DNA of 64,000 nt from Phoronis australis (lineage: Eukaryota > Animalia > Phoronida), in contig NMRA01000094.1 in assembly GCA_002633005.1 (NCBI GenBank), positions 708,597 through 772,596 of the forward strand, written 5' to 3'. Made by a program: the position numbers and the translations under genes. A model generated the notes under the pieces. It did not search any database. It had not been told where the DNA came from and was given only the letters and a program-made list of their open reading frames with translations. Within the stretch, counting starts at the first letter, position 1; each line of letters starts with the position of its first letter. Shown piece after piece: positions 29,201 through 41,200 of the stretch.

Positions 29201-32200
29201 CATTTTGAATGGGAAGAGGAAATGACGTAAATTTTGCATGTGGATTTTCTGAAGTATACTGTTTCGAATGAACTGTAACAATTTTTTCTCAGACTTACCG
29301 TTTTCGATTTTTTTGACTTTCAATTTTAAAAAATGTAAAATTTGAAAAATTTCAGAAGATAACTATGTGGGATTTTGTAAAGCTATTCTGTTAGGTACGG
29401 TTTTGAATGGGCTTTCAGAAGATCTTATCCATTTTTTGCTTGGATGTCTCGTTTTCAAATTATTCAGGATTTTCTGATGACGCTGCTCTTTTGTTGAATA
29501 TTTGCTGCACTTTTGTTGACTATTTGTTGCACTTTTGTTAGTTTACCGTCTATTAAACAAGACTATATTTTTTACTCATTTGTGACATCTTAACTCGTCA
29601 TATGAATGTTATCATCATGTTCATCATTGCCACCACCACGATCATCATCACTGTCATCATTATCTCCAATACTCTTTTCAGTCAATTTCTCTCCTCAGAC
29701 GCTTTCCTTTTCATGTTCTCACATTTTCTTTTAATTTTGCATCCTGCTACACCTGTGGCACTAACAGTATGAAGCCTTTCTGTTTAAGTTTCAGACTACA
29801 GACACATAGACACACCTGGTCAGGCTTCTCAGCTTTCCATAGTTTGATTTCATGGTAAACTTCCTGCTGAAAACATGAACTCAAGAAGCCCTTGTTATTA
29901 AATTGGTAGTTAAAGGTTGAAAATGTGCTCTATGGTATTCATTTGATGTACGTCACCGTGCTAATCACAGCCTATTGTTTCTATTGCCTAATGCTCCACT
30001 GGGATTATAATTAGCGTGATATGCAGTGAAAACATTGAGTTCTGATACTGTTATATGCCAGTCAGCTACCGTTGCCTGGCAACAAATATTGTAAAGAATC
30101 GAAATATGGTTTCTAATAGATAATTGCTCTTGTCGGTGTCTGTTCTGTTCAGATATACGCTGTTATTACATCAGCGCATTCAATCAACAAATCAGTATCC
30201 AGCTGTGGAACACATGTACTTCCGCTGTCTTGTACAATTGGGAATTTTTTCTTCTTTTACAAGTTGTTGCATCATTTTATTATTTTGTTATGTTTTACGG
30301 ACTTTTTCTCAGACTTTGTTCAGCTGCACTTGTAAACAATAATAGTCTCATTATTTGTGCGATCATCGTCGTGTCAATAATTTCATTTATTAAACCTGGC
30401 AACTTTGAACTTGAAGCGTGTTGACTAAATAAACTTCAGCCGTGAGCAGGTGTTAATTATAACCTGCTAAGGCAACTACTGTAAGCCTTGAGAGTGTTGC
30501 CCTTGTATTTCTTGTGTCATCTCTCTCAAAATTACGTAAACTACTTCTAAACTGCTTTGGTTAATGTTTTGTGGAACATATTTTACTTGGCGGAATTCTT
30601 CCGCCAAGTATGTTGGTCTGACAGCAAGTTTTTTTTTTGTTTGTTCGCTCTCTACAGGTCGCAATTTTCATCCGATTTTCACGAAATTTGCACACAACGT
30701 GTAGATCGAGAACTGCAAAATGGCAGATGTGGCGGCCATTTTGTATCCGATTTCACAGTCAAATACTCGTAGAGGCCGCATTTTTCGATCTACATGGCTG
30801 AAAATCGGTACGAATATACTAGAACGCATGTGCTACAATTGTGCAGAAAATCGTTGACATCCGGTTAAAGATGGCGGAAATATTGGACGTGGGGCATGCG
30901 CACCCTGAAATTTGGCCAAAAACGTTTTCTCCTGTAGAGGGCGTATTTGCAAACCAATTACTTTCAAACTGGTCATGTGTTTGTTGAGTTTAATAAGCTT
31001 TTATAAAAAATTATTGAACCGGAAATCACTTTCAAGATGGCGGCTGTGGGGCATGTTTACACAGTTTCAATCGCTCTGGTGTCGCATTTTTTATGGGAAG
31101 AGCAAATGACCTGAATTTTTGCATGTGAATTCCTTGAAGTATGGCCTTTCAAAAAGTCTCTGAGAGCGTATTTCTCAGACCTACCGTTTTCGAGTTATTT
31201 GACTTTGAATTTCAAAAAAACGGCAAATTTTTAATTTTCTCGAAAAATTTTTGGATTTTTGCCAAACTACCACTTTAGATAGAGTTTTGAATGGGCTTTC
31301 AGGAGATATTTTCCATTTTTCGCTACGTCGTCTACTTTTTGAATTATTCAAGATTTTTGGATACCGTTGTTCCGTCGGTCGCCTATGCAAGCACGCTGAT
31401 GGCTGGCTTTCAGTTCACTTTGTTTTGGTTATGCCTAGTTGACCCAGACTGACCCAGCCAGCACTGTCCTACTGTAGACTGGACCGTCATGTTGCACCAT
31501 CTATTGTTCTTTATTGTAGTTGATTGTATGCTCTCTATTTGATTTCTTCGCTAGTCACATGAATGTTATCGTGTTATTCATAATACCCGCCTTGATCGTC
31601 ATGATTGTCGCCGTCTCCCTCATCGTCGTCTTTTCGATTAATTCCGCCAAGTGTCGCTCCTCCGAGCGCTCTCGTTTTTTGTTTGTTCGCACGATACATG
31701 TTGCAATTTTCGTCTGATCATCACGAAATTTACACATAACATGTAGTTCCGGAAGTACTGGAAGCCTATTGTTTTTCGTCAAAATCGGATCAGAGATGGC
31801 TGATGTGGTTGCCATTTTGTTTTCATTTTAACATTTAAATGTTTCTGGAGGCTACAAATTTTTACGTACAGGGCTGAAACTCTGCACAATTATTGGACCG
31901 GACGTGCGCTGCATGTATACCAGAAATTGTTCACTTCCGGTTAAAGATGGCAGAAATATAGGCACTCGCGCATGCGCACCTCGATTTCAGGAAAAAAACG
32001 TTTTCTCATGTAGAGGGCGCATTAATGGACCAATTGCTTCGACATTTTTCAGGTATTAGTTTCGTATGACATGCTATTATTCAGAGCTCAAAAGCCGGAA
32101 GTTGCTTTCAAGATGGCAGATCTGGCGCATGTTAACCCATTTTCAGTCGTGCTGGAGTGCCATTTTAAACGGGAAGAGAGAATGACATGAATTTTTGCAT

Positions 32201-35200
32201 GTGGATTCTTTAAAGTATACCCTTTCAAATGAACTGTAACTATTTTTTTCTCAGACTTAACGTTTTTGAGTTATTTGACTTTGAATTTCTCAAGTGTATC
32301 CTTTAGAGGATCTGGATTGCCTCTTTTAGTTTCAGCTTTATTTTCCCCGTTATTAAACTTTTGTAACGTGGTAATTGCTGGGTTAAAATTGAAAGGCATA
32401 CCATTGGTGATTGATTGTTTTTGATATCCCTGCAGGTGAGCCTTTTAAGTTATAAGTCCATTTATGTTGTTTTTCGAAGAGAGCGGTCCTTGTTTTCTCA
32501 GCTTTGTGTTGATCGTGACAGTTGAAAAGTGTAGCAGTGTTGGACCATGCCTTTGACTGGGGTATCGTTAAGGATGTCTGCTTCCATAAGAAGTGGTTTG
32601 TTTCAAACTCTTGCATCATGTTGTCAATTGAGAGTGAATAATTGAACAATGCCGCATTCAAGGTATATTCATAACAGAGTCTCAGTTTTATACAAAAAGG
32701 TTGCAAAATTCCAGTTGTTCCATCTTGATAGACTTGTGAAAATGTTCAAATGTTCAAAGATTTGTGATCATTAACTGAGCGAAGTGTATCATGCAAATTA
32801 TGCTGGCACTGAGCAAAAACATACTAAGTCGGTATTTTTGCACCTTTTAGCCAAGCCTACTGCTGCGTGATCATTTACTGTTCTGTGATAATTTACTATT
32901 CTGTATTCGGAACAGTTTAAATTGAACTTATTTCCATAGCAATCAATACTTTGAGAAATATTCAAGTCATGTTCTGAGTCTGGTCTCAAGTCGGTTAATC
33001 ATAAAATCGCATCTTTCAGACTTTCAAAGAAATTGTGCTTTCACTCAAGGCTGTGTGGATTGGTGAAAACTGTCACAAAGGTTTTGTTGATATTTTCTCA
33101 GTGCGTAAGAAAAATGATTTCTACTGATGTTTTTTTCGCTAACAGTAGTTTTCAAAAAAGCTGTGGTTCACTGAAATTCATCCGTTATCTAAGTGGCGCC
33201 AATAACTCACAAGTAAATATAAATCTTCAAAAAATATGTTGCAAATATTTTAGCCTCCAAATTTTGCTGATATTTGACTGGAAAAAATTTAGTCATTTGT
33301 TTTAATTTGCTTTAGCCTTACCTGGGTTTGATTTTTTCCCTTCATTGCTGACGGTTAATCAAAAATATTTACCAAAACTGACATTTTTCTGTATTTCAAA
33401 GACTATATTACCTTGTTGCAAGGAATGCTTTTTTTGATAAGAAATTTTACAAGAGCATCTTGTGTCGGCCATTGTATGCTAAATACAGTAGAAGAAGAGT
33501 TGCCTTACACTGAACAAGCCTCACTCAGATAGATTAGAAGAAGAGTTGCCTTACACTGAACAAGCCTCACTCAGATAGATTAGAAGAAGAGTTGCCTTAC
33601 ACTGAACAAACCTCACTCAGATAGATGTTGAAACCCAAGTTGTGCTCACTGATACATCAGTTCTCTTATTACAGCTTCATTACCTGTTGTTTTGATTTTA
33701 TTTTTTATTTTACCAATTTAAAACTGGTATTGTAACTACATATTGATCATCTTGTTTCTTCTGTGACAAGGTTTTCATATTGATGAGGTATGCATCGTGT
33801 AAATTTAAATGGTCTCTCAACCAGGCGTTCTGAGCCCTCCTTGAGGTTGACTTTTCTTTGATGGATCACTTGTTTTTGTATGGCATTTTCACTGGCCTAG
33901 ATTAGTGATATGCACTCTCCATAGGTGGCACTTCTTTTATTTTCATTTGCAGTCTTGATAATATAAGGTGACCTACATGAACACTATTGAAACTAGTTTT
34001 GTAAAGAAAATTATTAGCTTATGCATATCCTGTATGTTTCTTTAATTACCTTTTGGACATACTCTTTAATTACCTGAGAGACTATCATTGTTATTATATA
34101 GCAAAACCTTATAAATTTGTTCAATGAAAAAACGATTGTAACATATAGTGTGTTTGATATACCGTATGCATTTATATGTCAAGGATTGGTTCTAGCTTCA
34201 AGTCAATTTTTGACATGACAATTGTAAGACAAAATTCCGGGGGGTACATTTATAGGTAGCAAGAATGAAACGCGTTGCTCAGATGGTTGAGTTTTCATGT
34301 CAAACGAAGGGTTGTCTTTTCTAGTCAAATTCCATATGAAAGGGTTCACTTTAGGATTTGGACTTTACAAAAGGGTTTCATTCTTCTAACATTCATTCTT
34401 CTAACAAACTACTAGTGGGTTTAAGATTTCCATTTATTAATGTTTGTTGTATTAAACACAATCAATAAATATGCATTTTGTAGTTTAAAACACATATGGG
34501 TCGTTTTCAGTTGTGCTTATTCTCTAATGTCTGGCAACATTTCATCTTGAGCACTTTTAAAAGGGTCAAGGGTCAGTTTTCCTTCTCTGATTTATTCCTA
34601 GACCCTCTGATATAATCCTAGAACCTCGGATATATCCCTAGACCCTCTGATATATCCCTAGACCTTCTGATATATATATATCCCTAGACCTTCTGATATA
34701 TATCCCTAGACCTTCTGATATATATCCCTAGGCCTTCTGATATATATCCCTAGACCTTCTGATATATATGCCTAAACCTTCTGATATGTCCCTAGACCAT
34801 CTGATATAGTAACCCTACTATTTTGCTTATGCTGTTTGTTGATTATTTCAGCCAAGGATCATAACACATCTCCATTTGGTCGTACATCTGGCCTGTCTAA
34901 GTCCAACTCCTCAAGCTCAGCGACAGGCAAGTCTACGGCAGACAGGATGAAGCAGGAGAAGAAAATAAGCTCTGGGGTAAGTAGTGTGAGTTGGCGTGAC
35001 TTACAGGGAGATAGTCATTCCGGGGTAAATAAACAGTTGTAGTGTATGCGTGACTTACAGGGAGATAGTCATTCCGGGGTAAATAAACAGTTATAGTGTA
35101 CGCGTGACTTACAGGGAGATAGTCATTCCGGGGTAAATAAATAGTTATAGTGTACGCGTGACTTACAGGGAGATAGTCATTCCGGGGTAAATAAATAGTT

Positions 35201-38200
35201 ATAGTGTACACGTGACCTACAGGGAGATAGTCATTCCAGGGTAAATAAATAGTTATAGTGTACGCGTGACTTACAGGGAGATAGTCATTCCGGGGTAAAT
35301 AACTAGTTATAGTGTACGCGTGATCTACAGGGAGAGAGTTGTTTTGGGGTGAACAACTAGTTATATAGTTGATGTGACTTACAGGGAGAGGGTCAATATG
35401 TGGGTAAGTAATTAGTTATAGAACTGGTGTGACCTACAAGGATGGAGTCATTAAGGGCTAGGGCTGGTATGAATTGCAGGTAGTCTATACTAGTCACTCT
35501 GATGAATTGCAGGTAGTCTATACAAGTCACTCTGATGAATTGCAGGTTCTCTATACAAGTCACTCTGACTGGTACATAGATTTCAATGCAGGTATTTCAT
35601 AACAATATTTCAGTATTATCTTTTTGTAGTCAGATCTGTCCTCTTTAGTCTCCATCAGTTATATCAAATTTACATGAATGCTTGAAGTTGACACCGTTCT
35701 TTTACTTAGAATAGTAGAATTTCGTGTTGCCAAATGTGTTCAATTGAACACCAGGAAAGTTTTACTTCATTATTAGTGTAGTTCATGAAGTACAGTTGTC
35801 TGTATTGTATTTTTTTATTTATTTATTATAGTGACAAGTACAGTTAATCCAAACAATAATAGATATAGCATTCATAAGAAAGATAAGTACCCAGCCCAGT
35901 TGGGCCTATTAATCAGTTTAACCACACAACTCAGATGCACCATAAATGTGACAGCTTCTAAGTTCAAAAGCAGACTTGATATATTTGGCGAATTGCTAGG
36001 GAAATAGTGAAACAGCAGTTTTAAGTATCTGATCTACTGAAGTCTGCAAAGTTCGCGACTTGAAGTGAAACATTATTAAACAGAATAGACCTCCGTGAGT
36101 TATAAAGAGAACAATCAAACACAAAATGTAGCTCATCCTCCACAGAACCAAAATCACAACACAAGCAAAGTCTTTCACTTACAGGAGTGTTTATATAACG
36201 ACCAGTTTCCAAGAGAAATGTGAGATTTCCTGCTCTAAACTGAGTAGAAAGAGATTGCTTGGAACAAGATAAATTAAGATTCAAATACGGCCCAGTTTAA
36301 AACTCATGCTTAAATAAAACGTAGGTTCTACTTGGGTTTTGTTACAACAGACTTGGCCCAAGCATGCTTTGAGTATTCAAATAGTTTGTTTCTAGCATCT
36401 ACTATGTTACCAGTAGTCAAAATTTTGAAAACAGGGTTGCATGCAAATAGTGGTAAACAAATTTTTGATATCGTCTTTCCAACCATTTCTAGCAATAGAG
36501 TACTTCAGACAGAAATGCCTTTTTCAATAACCTATCATCACTTGTAGTCACTAATTTGTTCCAAAGACGCAACATATTCAATTTAAATCTGTTTCCGGTC
36601 AATTCCCACCCCATTTCACGACTAACAGTGTGAGTGGCTGTAAAACGGTTGACCCCTAGATAAAAACGCATAGCTCTGTTTTGAATATTTTCATTATTAC
36701 CAAAGTTTTTGTAATCTGAAACAGATGACCCGTAATCCAAAATTGGTGCCACATACGAATTAAATAATGTTTTAAATGTTTCGAATTCTAAATTCTTGTT
36801 AACATGGAATGATGAGCATATCTTCCCTAACGCTCTACTTGAGGCTTCAGATAAGGTATTCAAATTTTCTTTGAAGTCAAGGTGTTGATCCAGAATACAG
36901 CCTAAATATTTGTATGAGGATTTATAACTAATTACACTGTTTAAAATGAATTCAAAATTGCTTCTAGGCATAGAGTTAGTGTGAAAATGGACAACGTTAG
37001 TTTTTGCCATGTTTACAACCATTCTCCACTTTTTATACCAGTTGTTTAAAACCTTCAACATATCTTGTATGTCATTTTCATTCTCAGACAAAAGTGCAAT
37101 ATCGTGGACATAAAGAAGAACTGAAATATTGTAAATCATACGAAATGCATAATACATTCTACCATTCTTTGACAAAGTTTAGGTTATTTGAAGTACTAGT
37201 CAGCCTTTAAAAAATAGGAAATTACTGTGGGAAATAGCTGAAGAATATGTGGTGAAAGATACCAAGTCTTTCTGTTGAATTTCAGGTCATTGCTAACATG
37301 AAAGCAAACTACAGTGATAGTTACAGAGGGTTTTCAGATAAGATTCGTGAACCAAACAGGTGTGTCAACTGATACCAATTGTGTTTCTTCTTTCAATGTT
37401 GCCCACTTGTCGTCTGCCAATACTCTTTTCCCTCCATATGACCTTGAATCAACCTTGGGATTGTCCTTATTTGTATAACTACTTTATCTGGACTTAACCA
37501 TTGGAGATTTACTTTTGTGTAGCCAGAATGTAAAAGCTTGGCCATTCTGACAGTTTGCAGACTTGGCATTCAGTTTGCAGTGACCACCACTGCTTCTATT
37601 CCTGGTAAATTGTAATGTAAACAAAATTCCTAGCAGGTCATGATCAATTTGTTACCTTAATGAGGCGAATCTGAGGTGGTTTGGTTACCGCATTTATGTT
37701 GTGAAACTATGCAGTGTTTTCTTTCGTCAAATAATTCAACTCAGTAATGGGTCACTGGATGGTTTTCAGACTTATTGAGACTAATGAGTTGAGTAGTTAA
37801 ATCTTACCTTTACTATTTTATTTACCCACCAAGTGTAAACCTATTCTATCTGTTTTTGCTGAAAACCAGAGGAAGGGTCACCTAACTTTGCTGTTAACCC
37901 ATGTTCAGTACAAGCCAAAAGAAAACAGACAAAATACCATTTCTGTCTCATGATGGTCAATCCCACCTGTAGACTCTGCTTAATTCAGGCGGAGAGAGCT
38001 ATGATGTCACAACAGCTGTAATCTCTTGTCACAAACCTCAGGATGCCACCACAATGGTCCATTGTTTAGAGTAACAGAATCACATTGATCTAATTTTCAA
38101 TTGGCACATGTACAGTGCTCTAAGGCCTATGAGGTCAACAACTTCATTATTGTAGTTCATGACCATGTATTGCCTAAGCATTAAGATTTGTCATTCCACA

Positions 38201-41200
38201 GCGACAGTCATGAAAGTTTTACTGTTCAAAGATTAGTGTTTTTTCAGACTTTGTTTTAACTGGATATAAGATCAACACCTGCGTAGAAATTGGTCGTCAC
38301 AAAATTATAGTGACAACCAAAACCTGTAACCAACTCGCTAAGTACAGTAATTCTCCACTTATCTAGTACTGGCACCCCATTTCACACATCAAAAGTTACA
38401 TTTTGTCTCACTTATTTTGCACAAGGGGCTACTTGGTGGGAATTTTTGACTTGCCAAATTGGAACACAGTCAGTTTCGTACTATATACGGTATATATCAA
38501 AAGAAAGTCCCGTCATTAATGGGGCCATCCCGGATTAAACGGCGATAGTGCGCTTCTTTGTCCTGCAGATAAGAAACTGTATCACCTAGTTTTGGAAATC
38601 GGGCACATTTTCGTGTCTCGCATTGATGTCAGGAAGGCGAAGAATTTCAGATCACTCATCCATGGTTATTTGTCTAGTTTATCAAACTTTTTCAAGTCGG
38701 AGTTGCAGCCCACATCACAGCAGTAATACTTCGCTGGCATTGGAAGGACAAATAGAGTACTGCAACTGAGAAAAATTTGTAAAGAATCAGACAACAAATA
38801 ACGTGTGAAACTCCAGTGACACGAAAATGAGGCACCAAATATGCCTGACGGATATTTACGGCATTGTGGGTAAATACAGCGAGATTATCACTGTGTAATC
38901 CAGGACAGTCCTATTATCACGGGTGAGAAACAACATGACCGCCGGTCGTCTAAGTCGGACTGACTCACCCAAAACAGGACCTCCGGGGATCAAATGGGAC
39001 CGCTGCACCAGAAAATGGGACTGACGCACCTAAAAACATGACCGCCCCACCACAAATCAGGACCGCCGGGGATTGAACATGACTGCCGGACAAAATGTAG
39101 CTATCAAGGCCTTTGTATGATACTGCGCGTTATAACGTAACCGGTCAGCTAGCTCTGTAAAAACTCGCCAAAATAAAGCTTGGTAGCACTGCGTTATTGA
39201 GGTCCGTTTCATCCCCGAAATTTCCCTCAACCCGGGTATAGTTCTGCTCGTCACCTCGTCGTGAAACTTATATCAACATGTAGAGCTAGCAAGCAGAGCA
39301 GGCGCATGCAAAATCTAGGAGTCAATCAACACTCACCTTGCAGTTTGCAGCCGCTTGAGTGAAAAACGTCATTTGTTTGCCTATTGTAACAAAAAAGTCT
39401 GTTGCGCTCGTGACATGAGCATGCGCCATTTCCTAAAATTTTGCGACATCTTTCGGAAGATGATGACTCAACTTCGCAGTAGCACGATTTGTTCTGAAAT
39501 TCGGTTTGCTGGTATTAAAATACTAAAAACTTATGACGAAATGAAACCAGATCCGATAATTTGTTGTGCCATGTACGCACCCTCGTAGAAGAGAAGAAGA
39601 GCTGACTGAAGAATCAGAGAAAAAAGGAACTGGTCAATGTAAGCCGACCTAAAAAACGCATTTCAATTTTAGCAGCAGAATAACGACAGAACGACAGTTT
39701 TTCCCGGCGAGCGCCGATAAATAATTTAGTTTACTCAAGGAAGAGTGTCGTTAATAACACTAATTCGTTGAAGATTTTATATGTTCAGTGTTTTACCCCA
39801 TCGGCGCCAAGCTGTATATTTAGTATACTGCTTTGCCGCACAAAGGCTAGTTATGATGCTTCACCTTAGAACCAGAACGCCCGTTTTTTTTCTTGACTAA
39901 AACGTTGAAGTGGAGAAAACGATAAAACTTACGCAGTGGATAAAGTTAATTATTTAGCTCAAAAGCGTGCAACGTGGTTGGTTTGTGGTTGAAACTCAAA
40001 AGCGCCACGTGTTACACAAAAGATTTCGTTGGCTTAATCGGCACAAGACCTGCATATGCATATGTATATAGCTTCATTGTATGATCTGTGTAGGCCTACC
40101 GGTAATAAATCTTAGCTTGTTTGTCATTGCGGTTTCAATCCCCGGCAGTCATTTTCAGTACCCGGCGGTCCTGTTTTCTGGTGGGGCGCTCATGTTTTTA
40201 GGTGCGTCAGTCCCATTTTCTGGTGCGGCCTTCCCATTTGATCCCCGGAGGTCCTGTTTTGGGTGAGTCGGTCCGATTTAAGAGGACCGGCGGTCATGTA
40301 GTTTCTCACCCGTGTATTATAGTAATACACATCTCTTGGAAGGTTATGTAAGACATTATGTAAGACATTTCCAATAAGTGTGTAGGTATTGTCAAATATC
40401 TACAAAACTATTGACTTCAGCAAAACTATATATTTTGTGAACGTAGAAATTCCGTGGAATTTGATTGTTAACTTTTACCAATCTGCTACTAATTAGATGA
40501 CGTGACTGCTTTTAGGAAAACTTAGCTAATGGTCCATTAGGAGAGTTTTCACCAGTGATTGGGGAAAGTACTCACTAGAACAAGTTAAAGTTACAGGCTA
40601 GAAATCTGAAGGTTGCATTTAACTAAATTTACACAAGGTCAGTTCCTTTAGCACACCCATCAAGTCTGTTCATTTTTGGCACACCTTGATTATCAGGAAA
40701 ATGTACTTAATTCATTTTGTGCAAAATAGGTAGAGAATCAGTGTACATGCATGGTACCAATGTTTGTCTGAAGAGAGCAACATTTTCCTCCTGAATGTTC
40801 TAATGTGGTCGTGCATTCTGCAAGCATGACCAACTCGATTAATTCACGCTTCTTAAGTGCACTATACACAGTTGATGAGAAGGTGATGGTTGATTCATTG
40901 AACTGTACATTCCAAATAGGGATAACAATATTACATAACTAGGCACTGTTACTCCATGATGAATTCAAGAAGCAAAATAGTTCTTCCTGCACTCAAAATG
41001 CCTTGTGCATAACTGCGGAAGGATGGGCGGAAATAACTGATGCCGAATAATAAATAACTAGTGCCGAATAATAAATAACGTCAAAGCCTCCTACCTAACG
41101 AAAGTCATTTTAGCGATGGCCAAAAATTTCCTGTGCACTAGCATTCTTATATAGTTCACTGAAAAATCTGAAAATGATTGAATACATGCAAGTATGTGTA

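Noticed and set aside
36489-37175. Reverse-transcriptase ORF as a functional or novel RT system
   Set aside because: The catalytic YADD is mutated to YVHD, the element is 5'-truncated, and downstream frames are broken. It is an ordinary dead LINE.
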